The notes under the pieces were generated by a model. That model saw only the letters and a list, made by a program, of their open reading frames with translations, was not told the DNA's origin and searched no databases. Below, in pieces: positions 18,298 to 28,451 of a stretch of DNA of 64,000 nt. Position 1 is the stretch's first letter, and each line of letters starts with the position of its first letter. Origin of the DNA: Deinococcales bacterium (GTDB lineage Bacteria > Deinococcota > Deinococci > Deinococcales > JAAFIG01); assembly GCA_031414595.1 (NCBI GenBank), contig JANNVX010000098.1, positions 1-64,000 on the forward strand. Reading direction: 5' to 3'. Both the position numbers and the translations under genes were made by a program.

Positions 18298-19683
18298 ATG
18301 GAAGCCCTTGAATCACGTTTATTAAAAATCATTGAAAATGCCACGGGCTTACGCTTAAAAAGTAATCAAGTTACCCAGAGTCATGCGTCTTTATTGCAAC
18401 TCAGTTTAGAGCGCAACCAAGAACCTTTAGAAACGCTTGCATGGCTCGAGTCTGAACCACTTATACTCGAGCGTTTTGCAGCCCAATTTACGATTCCAGA
18501 GACACATTTTCACCGTATTCAACCACAGATGCAGGTGCTGCGAAAGCGCGTCTTACCAAGTCTATTTCAGTCACGTTTACCGCGTCGGGCATGGCGTTTC
18601 TGGTCGGCTGGGTGCAGCAGTGGAGAAGAAGTCTATACCCTGATTATTCTGGCACTCGAGTTCTTAAACGAACAACCTTGGCAACTCGAGGTCTTAGGCA
18701 CAGACTTAAACCCCGTTATTCTTGAACGAGCCAAAGCTGCGCTGTACAACGAATGGTCTTTTCGGGATACACCGATGTTGTGGCGTGAACACTGGTTTAG
18801 CCAACAAGCCGATACTTGGCAACTGAATGAAAAAGTGCGCCAATATGCCCGCTTTGAACTGCTGAATTTAATTGCCGATGCTTGGGCAGTACCATCAGAA
18901 ATGGATTTAATTTTATGCCGCAATGTCACGATTTATTTTTCTAATCGCACGGCGCAAAAAATCTATGAACGCCTTGCGGCTCGGCTCAGTATGGGCGGCT
19001 GGTTAGTCTTAGGACCTTCTGACCCACCTCCGACTCGGCAGACTTTAGAAAAAGCCAATTTACAACCTGTTTTTGAAGATGGCGCAATTATTTGGCAACG
19101 GGTCTCTCAAGCCGAACTGACCCCACATTTGGCTCGAGTCCCGTGGCTTGAAGAAGGCACAGCCACAAAACACCCAAGTTTAGAGTTTATGCCGCGTCCC
19201 AGTAAAACCCCAAGTTTGGAATTTATGCCTCGGGTCAGCAAAACCCCAAGTTTGGAATTCAAGCCCAAGCAACCGACCCTCGAGATTCCACGTCGCCCAC
19301 CAACCAAAGAAACACCGCCAGCCAACGCCACTGTTGAACTGCCACCTTATGAACCACCAATAGACCCAAACAGCCCTCCACCAGTTGTTCATAGTCAAAA
19401 CAGCCAAACCTTAGAAGGGCTTAATTATCTCGAGCAGAACAAACCACAAGCTGCCCTAGAGGTCTTACGCCGAGCCGCTTACCTAGAACCCAACGACCCT
19501 GTGACCCAATTTGCACTGGCTCGAGCCTGCCTGATGCTTGGTGATAAAAAACGCGCCCAAACTGCGCTGCGCCAATCGAGGCGTTTAATTGCTTCACTGC
19601 CAGATGATGCGCTTCTATCGCTCGAGACCACAGTCAAGGATTTGCACCGCGCCTTAACTGCTCTTGCCAATCAATTGCGTTAA
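18298..19683 (+). CDS. cheR: CheR-family methyltransferase with C-terminal TPR (WspC-like architecture)
   Basis: TIPETHFHR, RFWSAGCSSGEEVYT, LGTDLN, DLILCRNVTIYF; TPR segment LRRAAYLEPND. Confidence 0.88.
   Translation: MEALESRLLKIIENATGLRLKSNQVTQSHASLLQLSLERNQEPLETLAWLESEPLILERFAAQFTIPETHFHRIQPQMQVLRKRVLPSLFQSRLPRRAWRFWSAGCSSGEEVYTLIILALEFLNEQPWQLEVLGTDLNPVILERAKAALYNEWSFRDTPMLWREHWFSQQADTWQLNEKVRQYARFELLNLIADAWAVPSEMDLILCRNVTIYFSNRTAQKIYERLAARLSMGGWLVLGPSDPPPTRQTLEKANLQPVFEDGAIIWQRVSQAELTPHLARVPWLEEGTATKHPSLEFMPRPSKTPSLEFMPRVSKTPSLEFKPKQPTLEIPRRPPTKETPPANATVELPPYEPPIDPNSPPPVVHSQNSQTLEGLNYLEQNKPQAALEVLRRAAYLEPNDPVTQFALARACLMLGDKKRAQTALRQSRRLIASLPDDALLSLETTVKDLHRALTALANQLR
19168..19266 (+). 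repeat. In-frame 36-bp repeat x3 encoding K(H/T)PSLEF(M/K)P
   Basis: Units start at 19168, 19204 and 19240 in the CheR-TPR linker. Confidence 0.85.
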
Positions 19684-19732
19684 ATGATTCTCACATTCCA
19701 ATTCTGTTTACATCGTATTCTAAACTTAATTT

Positions 19733-20035
19733 ATGAATAGAATTACATTGAAGTTTCCCCGCCCACTGCCCTCGTTTGACTCGAAAGGCAAAGAAAAACC
19801 CATGCCTTATTTTGATTGGGATGGCTTATTTGAGGAACTTCGCAACACCTTAGAACCAAGATTAACCGATAATCTAGGTGAAATTGAACTCGAGCTTGAA
19901 CTGGCAAACAGCGCCGATATTCGTGTGACTGGTAATTATATGGGCATGAAAACTGTACAGGTACGCGAAATGGTCTCGGAAATGCTTGGCGAAGCCATGG
20001 AAGGAATAGACACCACCGCTTACGCAGTCCAATAA
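19733..20035 (+). CDS. Hypothetical protein
   Basis: 100-aa ORF with TAAACT 6 nt before the ATG. Confidence 0.7.
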   Translation: MNRITLKFPRPLPSFDSKGKEKPMPYFDWDGLFEELRNTLEPRLTDNLGEIELELELANSADIRVTGNYMGMKTVQVREMVSEMLGEAMEGIDTTAYAVQ

Positions 20036-20040
20036 AAACA

Positions 20041-20084
20041 TGTTCTGACAACTCGAGACCATGTGTTCTTGGCACTCGAGACCA
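20041..20084 (+). repeat. Imperfect tandem duplication, 23-bp period (TGTTCT....ACTCGAGACCA)
   Basis: Copies at 20041 and 20064, each containing CTCGAG. Confidence 0.75.
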
Positions 20085-20104
20085 GATTGGTTTAGAATGG
20101 GTAC

Positions 20105-20176
20105 ATGAATGCGCCAATGCAAAAACCAAATCTACGCATTGCGCTGCTGATTGCTCGAAAACCACTGCGCGGCTAA
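20105..20176 (+). CDS. Candidate leaderless 23-aa uORF upstream of lysS
   Basis: TAGAAT (20093-20098), 6 nt, then ATG; translates MNAPMQKPNLRIALLIARKPLRG. Confidence 0.4.
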   Translation: MNAPMQKPNLRIALLIARKPLRG

Positions 20177-20258
20177 GTGCTGCGCCTGAACCCATGTCCA
20201 TTTGCGCTGCTCGAGACCTTTTTACGAGCCACATTCGACAAATGTTTTAAGGAGTTTT

Positions 20259-21740
20259 ATGTCCGAAATCCATGAACAAACCGCGTCACGCCTGAATAAC
20301 CTTGCTGCCCTCGAGAAAGCTGGTTTTGCCCGTTTCCCATACACGTATAACCAAACGCATTCGGCGGCTGGTCTGCACGCCGACCATCCTGTTCCGCTTG
20401 AACCCAGTCTGGAATGGACTGAGGAAAAAGTCAGTCTGGCAGGGCGAATTATTTCTTGGCGTGATACTGGAAAACTGATTTTTGCCGATTTACAAGATCA
20501 GTCTGGCAGAATTCAACTGTTTATCTCCAAGAATGCTGTACCGCAATTTGATGCCGCTAAATTTATTGACCTAGGCGATATTCTTGGCATTACTGGGCAT
20601 CTGATGACCACCAAGACGGGAATGCTTTCGGTCAAAGTGACTGGTTTTACGCCGCTCGTGAAGTCGTTACATCCTCTGCCAAGCGATTATTATGGCTTAG
20701 CCGATAAGGAGTTGCGTTACCGTCGCCGCTACTTAGATTTAATTGTTTCACCAGACTCGAGAAAGGTGTTTTTGACCCGCAGTAAAATTGTGCGTTTTAT
20801 CCGTAATTTTTTGGATGCCAAGAGCTTCATTGAAGTCGAAGGTCCAACCCTGCAAGCCATCGCGGGTGGCACAGAAGCCAAACCATTTGTGACCCATCAC
20901 AATGCGCTTAGTCATGATTTTTCGTTGCGAATTGCCCTCGAGTTACACCTAAAGCGCCTTTTGGTTGGTGGCTTTGAACGGGTTTATGAAATTGGCAGGG
21001 TTTATCGCAACGAAGGCATAGACCAAACCCACAATCCAGAATTTACAATGCTCGAGTTATATCAAGCCTACACCGATTACGAAGGAATTATGCAGTTGGT
21101 CGAAGAACTTTTTTCACATCTTGCACTTGATATTTTAAGCAGTACCGATGTGCCTTACGAAGACAAAACCCTGAATTTTGCTGCCCCTTTTGCTCGTCTC
21201 GAGTATCTCCCAGCGTTGCAAGAACATGTTCCAGACCTCGATTTTGACCCACTCGAGTTGGATAAGCTGCGGGGTTTTTGTGATGCCAAGTACCCACAAT
21301 GGAAAGCTGTTCCAGATTACAAGCTGCTCGATAAGTTATTTGGCATGTATGTCGAACCACTGATTCATAACCCCACTTTTGTGATTCATCATCCAGTCGT
21401 CATTAGTCCACTTGCCAAACCGCACCGCAGTTTAACTGGCGTAACCGAACGTTTTGAGCTTTTTGCCAGTGGTTTTGAACTTGCCAATGCTTTTTCGGAA
21501 CTCAACGATGCCTTTGACCAACGCGCCCGCTTTGAAGCCCAAACCGCCAGACGCAGCGCAGGTGACGACGAAGCCCCAGAACAAGACGAGGATTTCCTGC
21601 TTGCCCTCGAGTACGGAATGCCACCTGCCGGCGGGCTAGGTATTGGGATTGACCGCCTTGTGATGCTTTTAACCAACCAAACCAGTATTCGTGATGTGCT
21701 GTTGTTCCCACTGCTAAAACCAGAGCGCCTAGAAAGTTAA
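20259..21740 (+). CDS. lysS: Lysine--tRNA ligase (class II)
   Basis: [41 protein letters not shown] and [24 protein letters not shown] before ATG 20259. Confidence 0.97.
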   Translation: MSEIHEQTASRLNNLAALEKAGFARFPYTYNQTHSAAGLHADHPVPLEPSLEWTEEKVSLAGRIISWRDTGKLIFADLQDQSGRIQLFISKNAVPQFDAAKFIDLGDILGITGHLMTTKTGMLSVKVTGFTPLVKSLHPLPSDYYGLADKELRYRRRYLDLIVSPDSRKVFLTRSKIVRFIRNFLDAKSFIEVEGPTLQAIAGGTEAKPFVTHHNALSHDFSLRIALELHLKRLLVGGFERVYEIGRVYRNEGIDQTHNPEFTMLELYQAYTDYEGIMQLVEELFSHLALDILSSTDVPYEDKTLNFAAPFARLEYLPALQEHVPDLDFDPLELDKLRGFCDAKYPQWKAVPDYKLLDKLFGMYVEPLIHNPTFVIHHPVVISPLAKPHRSLTGVTERFELFASGFELANAFSELNDAFDQRARFEAQTARRSAGDDEAPEQDEDFLLALEYGMPPAGGLGIGIDRLVMLLTNQTSIRDVLLFPLLKPERLES

Positions 21741-21817
21741 GCACAACAAACGATTTAGGGGCTATACTGTGTTATTCCAAACCCACTCGAGTTTCTCGAG
21801 AATCCACGGAGGTTAGT

Positions 21818-23056
21818 ATGCCCATTTTCACTTACCGAGTCCGCGATGCCGCAGGAAAAATTATTTTGTCCACCATGGAAGCTGATAGCTCCAAGATGGT
21901 ACGTGATAAACTGCGCGAAAAGAATTTGTTAATCGTTTCAATCACCGAACCCAAAACAGGTATTAACCAAGATTTGCAATTACCGGGTTTCTTAAACGAA
22001 GAAAACCAAACCCCCGGCTTAAAACCTGTAGCAATTTTTGCGCGTCAAATGGCAACCATGATTGATGCTGGTTTGCCATTGGTGCAGTCCCTAACCATTT
22101 TGCAACGCCAGTCTGAACATAAGGGCTTAAAGAAAATTCTGCGAGATATTCGCCAGACTGTTGAAAGCGGTATTCCTTTTTCGGATGCTTTGATCAAATA
22201 CCCAAATGTTTTTGACCGTCTTTTTATAAACTTGGTAAGGGCTGGCGAGGTCTCTGGTACGCTTGACACGGTGCTTGACCGAGTGGCGATTTTCAAAGAA
22301 AAAGACTTGGCTTTGCGTGGCAAAATTCGTGGTGCGCTGACTTACCCGACCATCGTTTTGGTTTTTGCGCTTGGCATTACCTATTTTTTGTTGACCACGA
22401 TTGTGCCACAGTTTGCGAGAATGATCAAAGAAATTAACCCCAATGCGAACCTACCAGCATTAACAATTTTCTTAGATAATGTTTCACAGTTTTTGATGAA
22501 CCAAACTTGGCTTTTAGGCTTAATTATTGGTGCTTTAGCTGTAGCTTACCATTATTATTACAAAACTGACCAAGGTCGGCATGTGATTGATCGCTTCAAA
22601 ATGAAAGCCCCTGTCTTTGGCAATCTCATCTCCAAGGCTTCGCTGGCATCATTCTCGAGAACCTTGTCTTTGCTGATTAAAAGTGGTGTAAATATCATCG
22701 AATCTCTCGATATTGTTCGTGGTACATCGAATAACGCCATTGTTGAAGATGCTTTAACAAACGCCAAAAACGCAGTCATGCAGGGTGAACAGATGTCGCA
22801 GCCAATGGCAGCTGCCACCGATGTCTTTCCGCCCATGGTTGTTTCAATGGTCGCCATTGGTGAAGAAACCGGTGGTTTGGACACGATGCTTGATAAGGTC
22901 GCCGATTACTACGAGCGTGAAGTAGATGAAGCCGTGGATCAATTAACAGCTGCCATCGAACCGATTATGATTATTTTTCTCGGTGCGATTGTTGGTGTGA
23001 TTGTGGCTGGTATGTTCTTACCGATGTTTGCTTTGATTGGTGAGTTGTCCAAATAA
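21818..23056 (+). CDS. pilC: Type IV pilus assembly platform protein PilC (GspF family)
   Basis: FARQMATMIDAGLPL, RAGEVSGTLD, ALTYP, IGEETGGLD and AIEPIMI. Confidence 0.93.
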   Translation: MPIFTYRVRDAAGKIILSTMEADSSKMVRDKLREKNLLIVSITEPKTGINQDLQLPGFLNEENQTPGLKPVAIFARQMATMIDAGLPLVQSLTILQRQSEHKGLKKILRDIRQTVESGIPFSDALIKYPNVFDRLFINLVRAGEVSGTLDTVLDRVAIFKEKDLALRGKIRGALTYPTIVLVFALGITYFLLTTIVPQFARMIKEINPNANLPALTIFLDNVSQFLMNQTWLLGLIIGALAVAYHYYYKTDQGRHVIDRFKMKAPVFGNLISKASLASFSRTLSLLIKSGVNIIESLDIVRGTSNNAIVEDALTNAKNAVMQGEQMSQPMAAATDVFPPMVVSMVAIGEETGGLDTMLDKVADYYEREVDEAVDQLTAAIEPIMIIFLGAIVGVIVAGMFLPMFALIGELSK

Positions 23057-23067
23057 ACAGATTTCCC

Positions 23068-23104
23068 AAATACTCAACGCCATATTTCTGGTGTTGAGTA
23101 TTTT
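23068..23104 (+). terminator. Probable terminator after pilC
   Basis: AAATACTCAAC/GTTGAGTATTT inverted repeat followed by T residues. Confidence 0.65.
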
Positions 23105-23121
23105 CTTGAAAAAGGATTTTT

Positions 23122-24069
23122 ATGGCAAATAATCAATTTCTCGAGTACGCTTTTTTTAAGGAAAACATTGTGCGGTTTGAAGAAGCCAATGTTTCTGTGG
23201 CAACCTTGGCTTTGCAATACGGTTTGTCTTGCTTTGGTGGGATTCGTGGGTACTGCGGCGATGATGGGGCGGTCAGTATTTTTAGATTACCTGAGCATAT
23301 GCTTCGCTTCTCGAGAAGTGCTGGTTTACTAAAAATTAAGTTGCCCGGCGATGTGGCTTACTTGCAAAATGCGGTGATTGAACTCACCAAGAAGAACGCC
23401 CCCAATACCGATTGTTACTACCGTCCATTTGCCTATAAATCTGACCTGAGCCTAGGTCCAAGTATTGGTCACGCTGGTGGTGGCTTTAGTGTCTATATGA
23501 TGAACCTTGGTAATTACTTTGGGGAAGACCGTCCGTTGCGTTTGATGGTCTCGAGTTGGCGGCGTGTGGTGGACAATGCCATCCCCGCCCGAGGCAAAAT
23601 CGGTGGGGCATATGTCAATAGCTCAATCGCCAAAGACGAAGCCCAGATTAATGGCTATGACGATGCAATCATGATGAACGAACGCGGTAAAATCGCTGAA
23701 GCCAGTGCTGCCAATCTTTTTATGGTGCGTGATGGTGTCTTGATTACCGCTCCAATTACGGCAGATGTTCTCGAGGGGATTACACGGCGCAGTATCATAG
23801 AACTTGCCCATTATTTAGAGATTCCAGTTTTGGAGCGCGAAATTGACCGCTCAGAATTGTACTTAGCCGATGAGATTTTCTTGTCCGGCACGGCTGCCCA
23901 AGTTGCGCCAGTCGGCGAAGTGGACAAACGCCAAGTTGGTGATGTGAACCGTCCAATCACCACTAAACTCAGGGCAACTTTTGAGGACGTGGTACGTGGG
24001 CGTAACCCAGCTTTTTCGCATTGGCTGACGCGAGTTGAAATTGGCAAAGCATTGGCAGTGAGCCATTAA
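23122..24069 (+). CDS. ilvE: Branched-chain amino acid aminotransferase
   Basis: ALQYGLSCFGGIR, RGKIGGAYVNS, AEASAANLF and LEGITRRS. Confidence 0.92.
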   Translation: MANNQFLEYAFFKENIVRFEEANVSVATLALQYGLSCFGGIRGYCGDDGAVSIFRLPEHMLRFSRSAGLLKIKLPGDVAYLQNAVIELTKKNAPNTDCYYRPFAYKSDLSLGPSIGHAGGGFSVYMMNLGNYFGEDRPLRLMVSSWRRVVDNAIPARGKIGGAYVNSSIAKDEAQINGYDDAIMMNERGKIAEASAANLFMVRDGVLITAPITADVLEGITRRSIIELAHYLEIPVLEREIDRSELYLADEIFLSGTAAQVAPVGEVDKRQVGDVNRPITTKLRATFEDVVRGRNPAFSHWLTRVEIGKALAVSH

Positions 24070-24080
24070 ACCCAGACATC

Positions 24081-24113
24081 AAAACCAGAAGCATTGTGCC
24101 TCTGGTTTTTTTT
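24081..24113 (+). terminator. Intrinsic terminator after ilvE
   Basis: AAAACCAGA/TCTGGTTTT stem plus T-run. Confidence 0.8.
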
Positions 24114-24150
24114 CACAGACACGAGTCATCTTCTCGAGTAAACTGCTGAC

Positions 24151-24603
24151 ATGAAACCCTTACGAATTTTACTGGCACTGCTTGCCTTCTCGAGTTTAAG
24201 TGTGGTGGCGCAAACCGTAGCCGAGTTACTGATTGTCACCAGTATCATCGGTACGCTCGACAGTTCGGTGCGTTTACCATCGGGGTCTTATCAAGTCCTA
24301 AACCCAACTTTAACGGGTCAATTCGCCGATTTACTCGGGGCAGACAAAGCCAAGTATGAGGGGTACACCTTGTATTTAGCTAAGGGTTTAGCCAGTAAAT
24401 TAGCTGATGCTTACATTGCTAATCTGGCAACGGGTTTTGCCGCCGCAGGCTACTTTGAAAACTCGAGGCTGCCCGTAGCTGCACCAGCAGGTGAAACCCG
24501 CACTCGGATTGAGTATGAAAATTTTGATAATGGCAAGCGTTTAATGGTTTTTACATTGCGTAGAAGTGACAGCTTTTATTACCTTGTAGCAAAGAAAAAA
24601 TAG
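24151..24603 (+). CDS. Secreted hypothetical protein
   Basis: Signal peptide; TAAACT 6 nt before the ATG. Confidence 0.7.
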   Translation: MKPLRILLALLAFSSLSVVAQTVAELLIVTSIIGTLDSSVRLPSGSYQVLNPTLTGQFADLLGADKAKYEGYTLYLAKGLASKLADAYIANLATGFAAAGYFENSRLPVAAPAGETRTRIEYENFDNGKRLMVFTLRRSDSFYYLVAKKK

Positions 24604-24604
24604 C

Positions 24605-25420
24605 TTAACTCGGCTCGAGCAGCGCGTCGTAATCGTTGAAGTCCCCTCCTGCGTCTTCAGGGTCTTCGAGGTCATCCCAGAGTGGTTTGGTGAAATCGCC
24701 TACTCGAGATAAAAAACCAAGTAAGACACGGTTGAATTCATTGGGTTTCTCGAGTGGTGTGTTATGCCCAGCCCCAGTAATCGTCACCAGTACCCCAAGT
24801 CCGGGTTTGACCCATTCAACAATTTCGTGGCTATAACGCATCGGGGTCAGCACGTCATCTGTGCCAACCAAAACCAATACTGGTGATTCAATCGCCCTGA
24901 GCATTTTTCGCTTATCTCCAAAGTTCAGCACATATAAAAGGTTGGCTTTTAATACCTCGAGCGGGATGCTTTCGGCTCGAGCCAAAGCTGCTGCCAAGCG
25001 CTCTTTACTTTGAATCAAAAAATCTGCCCCAAATAACCAAGGCACGGCTACGGTGTACGCCAGTTTTGAGCCACCAACTTCAAGCGCTGATAAAACACTG
25101 CGAATCTTGGTCTCGAGTGGAATATCAAGCCGTGCCAGACTATCCACCAGCGTTAATGACAAAATTTTTTCTGGGTGCATTCCTGCAAACACAAGCGCTA
25201 AGACACCACCGCCACTGTGTCCGACCAAATGAATTTTCTCGAGTTGTGGTTGTTCTATGAAAACGAGCAATTCTTCAAGGTGTGTTTCCAATGTTCCAAT
25301 TGGTGAACGGTCATACCGCAAGACTTGAAACTGAGCCGATAAGACCTCAAAAGTAGCATCCCAAGAACTCGAGTCGTTCAATTCGCCATGCAGTAAGACA
25401 ACGGTTTGGGTTAAAGCCAT
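24605..25420 (-). CDS. Alpha/beta hydrolase
   Basis: VLLHG, LVGHSGGG nucleophile elbow, G.DD.LTP and GAGH. Leaderless TACACT box. Confidence 0.88.
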   Translation of the reverse strand: MALTQTVVLLHGELNDSSSWDATFEVLSAQFQVLRYDRSPIGTLETHLEELLVFIEQPQLEKIHLVGHSGGGVLALVFAGMHPEKILSLTLVDSLARLDIPLETKIRSVLSALEVGGSKLAYTVAVPWLFGADFLIQSKERLAAALARAESIPLEVLKANLLYVLNFGDKRKMLRAIESPVLVLVGTDDVLTPMRYSHEIVEWVKPGLGVLVTITGAGHNTPLEKPNEFNRVLLGFLSRVGDFTKPLWDDLEDPEDAGGDFNDYDALLEPS

Positions 25421-25631
25421 AGCTCGAGTGTACCGCGAAAGGGCAGAGGCAAAAACCTTTCGCCTTTTTACAGTAACAAAACTTGGGCATGGTACAAGTT
25501 GCGGCTGAGTATAATTTTATGTCATGGTCGAATCTACCTCGAATTGCAAACTAATACACCAAGCGTCACAGAGTGGTTTTTCTGCCCTAACCAATACCCA
25601 ATTGGGCTTTGAATAGAGCATAATGCAGAGT

Positions 25632-27155
25632 ATGGAACAAATTGTTTTAGCCAACATCATCACCTTAAATTCCGTGCAACCTCGAGCCGAAGCGGTCTTG
25701 GTTTCTAACCGATTGGTGCGGTTTGTCGGTTCTCGAGAAGACTGCCTTGCGATTGCACCCAAAGCCGAAATTCTGGATTACACGGACACATTTCTCACAC
25801 CCGGACTGACCGATGCCCATATTCACTTAACGGGGTACGGATTTTCGTTAGCCTCACTGGATTTATCCGCCTGTCAGACCCTCCAAGAAGGCTTAGCGTT
25901 AATTGCCACTCGAGCAGGTGGTACAGATTGGCTGCAAGGTGGCGGGATGTTCCCCAATCGTTGGAGTGAAAGCACCTACCCGACCGCCGCCGACCTAGAT
26001 GCTGTTGCCCCAAATCAACCAGTCTTTATTCGCTCGAGGGACGGGCATAGCGCTTGGGTCAATTCCAAAGCGCTCGAGTTGGCTGGAGTTCACACGGGTA
26101 CACCAGACCCTGAAGGCGGACGGATTATACGCGACGCAAACGGCAACCCAAGCGGAATGTTCCTCGAGCCAAATGCCATGAATTTAGTGCGCCGTGCCAT
26201 TCCCGCCGCGACACTCGAGGAATGCGTGACCGCCACAAAACGTGCTTGCGCTCAACTCGAAGCGTGGGGCTACACCAGTGTTCACACCATGGCACTCGAG
26301 CCAGCCATGAGTTTACGGGCAATTCAAGAACTCGAGCAACGCCAAGAACTGCCTTTGCAAGTCTGGAGCAGTATTCCCCATGCGGATTTAGAAGCTGTAG
26401 AAGCCACAGGATTACGCGGCGGCACAGGCGATTTGGTCAAGATTTGCGGCATTAAATTCTTTGCCGATGGCGCACTCGGTTCGCGCACTGCTTGGATGTT
26501 CGAGCCGTACCTTGACACAACCGAAACTGGTGTGATTGCCGACCCGCCAGAACTGATTCTCGAGCGGGGTCGTCGCGCCCTCGAGATGGGATTCACCCCA
26601 GTGGTTCATGCGATAGGCGATAGGGCAAACCATGAAGTGCTGAATGTTCTCGAGAAATTAAAACCTTTGGCAGATGCAAGGGGCGTGCGTTTGCGGCTTG
26701 AACACGCCCAGCACCTCTCCCCTGCTGATATTGCCAGATTTGGGAAACTCGGTATTGTTGCTAGTGTCCAAGCGATTCATTTGGTAGATGATGCCGTACC
26801 CGTTTTTGGCTTACTTGGCGAGACTCGAGCTAAAACTACCTACCCATTCAGAACTTTACTCGAGACTGGTGCAACGCTGGCGCTTGGTTCAGATGCCAGT
26901 GTCGCCACACCAGAACCAACCCTTGGACTCGAGGCAGCCGTGAAGCGTTTGGGCTTAGATGGCAAACCGTTTATGAGTGAGCAATGCTTAACGCCACTCG
27001 AAGCACTCAAGGGATACACGATTGGGGCTGCCAAAGCTGCTGGCTGGGAAAAGTGGTATGGGCAAGTTAAAATAGGGTATAAAGCTGATTTTACGATGTG
27101 GGGAACTGACCCGAGTCTCGAGTTAGCCAAGCCGATACGGGCGTTACGAATTTGA
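25632..27155 (+). CDS. Amidohydrolase (YtcJ-like, amidohydrolase-3)
   Basis: PGLTDAHIH, DGHSAWVNSKAL, KFFADGALGSRTA, HAIGDRA, RLEHAQ and GSDA. Confidence 0.9.
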   Translation: MEQIVLANIITLNSVQPRAEAVLVSNRLVRFVGSREDCLAIAPKAEILDYTDTFLTPGLTDAHIHLTGYGFSLASLDLSACQTLQEGLALIATRAGGTDWLQGGGMFPNRWSESTYPTAADLDAVAPNQPVFIRSRDGHSAWVNSKALELAGVHTGTPDPEGGRIIRDANGNPSGMFLEPNAMNLVRRAIPAATLEECVTATKRACAQLEAWGYTSVHTMALEPAMSLRAIQELEQRQELPLQVWSSIPHADLEAVEATGLRGGTGDLVKICGIKFFADGALGSRTAWMFEPYLDTTETGVIADPPELILERGRRALEMGFTPVVHAIGDRANHEVLNVLEKLKPLADARGVRLRLEHAQHLSPADIARFGKLGIVASVQAIHLVDDAVPVFGLLGETRAKTTYPFRTLLETGATLALGSDASVATPEPTLGLEAAVKRLGLDGKPFMSEQCLTPLEALKGYTIGAAKAAGWEKWYGQVKIGYKADFTMWGTDPSLELAKPIRALRI

Positions 27156-27211
27156 ATTCTGGTCTTTCTTACGCGTCAAGCTCAGGCTCGAGTAGGCTAA
27201 GTAAAACTTGA

Positions 27212-27874
27212 TTAGATTTTTTGAGAAAAATCAAAATTGGCATAGATTTCTCGATTAGCTGCTTCGTCAAAAAGGTCTGTAGTGTTGATAATTGAAATCG
27301 GACCAAATTCTTCAATGAATTTTCGAGCATTTTCAACAACTGACACTTTACAATCAAAAAAAGTATTTTCATGTTCATCCCCAGAAATAAAACCAAGGTC
27401 TGTACGCTTGATAATTTGGTCTTTTAGGTAGCCCGCGATTTCTCTTTCTTCAAGAATTTCTAACCAAACTCGCTCATTTGTTTGTACGATCTGGACATTT
27501 CCGATTTTTGGATCAATCCAGTTAGGATACTTTTCTTTTAAGCGATGAAAAATGCTGATTGCACTAAAACCAGATTCTGTAGAGTCAAATTTAGAACCAC
27601 TTAGTTCAATAAGAAGGTTAATAGCTTCCAGTAAAGGGTAGTGGAAAAATTCCCTATTTTTATTCACGCGATAATCTACTAATCGGGCGTGCATTTCTGC
27701 CTCAAGACCTTCATGATCGTTTGAAAAAACTTCAAAAGCTACTTCAAACGGAGTGGGTACACCTGTTGCAAAAAGCTTTCTCGCTCGAGCCTGACTATCA
27801 CGAATTGTGCGACCAATTTTTACCATCCCAGCTAAGGAGGAGTTAATTAGAATGTATACATATCCGTGTGTCAT
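27212..27874 (-). CDS. T5orf172/GIY-YIG domain protein
   Basis: GYVYILIN..LAGMVKIGRT...RARKLFATGVPTPF...LEAEMH..L..YRVNKNREFF; AT-rich. Confidence 0.85.
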   Translation of the reverse strand: MTHGYVYILINSSLAGMVKIGRTIRDSQARARKLFATGVPTPFEVAFEVFSNDHEGLEAEMHARLVDYRVNKNREFFHYPLLEAINLLIELSGSKFDSTESGFSAISIFHRLKEKYPNWIDPKIGNVQIVQTNERVWLEILEEREIAGYLKDQIIKRTDLGFISGDEHENTFFDCKVSVVENARKFIEEFGPISIINTTDLFDEAANREIYANFDFSQKI

Positions 27875-27904
27875 TATTAGATACCAATTCACATTATCTA
27901 GTTA

Positions 27905-28111
27905 TCAAAACTCGAGTTCAACTGTTCTAGGCGTATTATCTCGAGCCAAAACATCTTTTATAAGTTCATCTAATCGCAAAGAAACAGCCATTGAAAATGT
28001 ACGAAATTCCTGTCCTTCTGGTGAACGTCTGATTCGGGCTGGTACGCTATGCACAACAAAAACTACGCCTTCTGGAGTATTGGTTTGAAAATCTATTTTC
28101 GTTTCAATCAT
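27905..28111 (-). CDS. Small hypothetical protein (YgiT/antitoxin-like fold possible)
   Basis: 68-aa ORF with AAGGA SD; V.VVHSVPA...G.EF pattern. Confidence 0.5.
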   Translation of the reverse strand: MIETKIDFQTNTPEGVVFVVHSVPARIRRSPEGQEFRTFSMAVSLRLDELIKDVLARDNTPRTVELEF

Positions 28112-28143
28112 CCTTAACCCATCTCGAGCCTGTGCTTATGCCA

Positions 28144-28377
28144 TTAGTCTACCGCATTTTGTACTGGACTGACTAAAACAAATTTTTTACGCCATGCTTT
28201 CCCACTGCCAATGTCCGAGCCTTTGAGTAATGGGTAGAGGTGCGTCTTCTCGAGTTCGATAATTTCGCCCAGTCCAGTTTCCGCTCCAGCCTTTTCGATC
28301 ACTCGAGCGTATTGCAATCGCCATTGCAAGGTATTGGAAATGGTTAAATACTCTTGTTCTGGTTTGAGAATCAGCAT
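28144..28377 (-). pseudogene. Possible fragment of an N6-adenine DNA methyltransferase C-terminal region
   Basis: GLGEIIELEKTHLYPLLKGSDIG...KKFVLV resembles the L.PLL.G.DI segment of TaqI/Eco57I-type methylases. No catalytic motifs are present. Confidence 0.35.
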
Positions 28378-28451
28378 TTTGCAAAGACTTGCGCTTCAAG
28401 ACATCATGATTCTATTTTTGGGAAGGGTTTTGAATCAAGGGAGCATCAACC

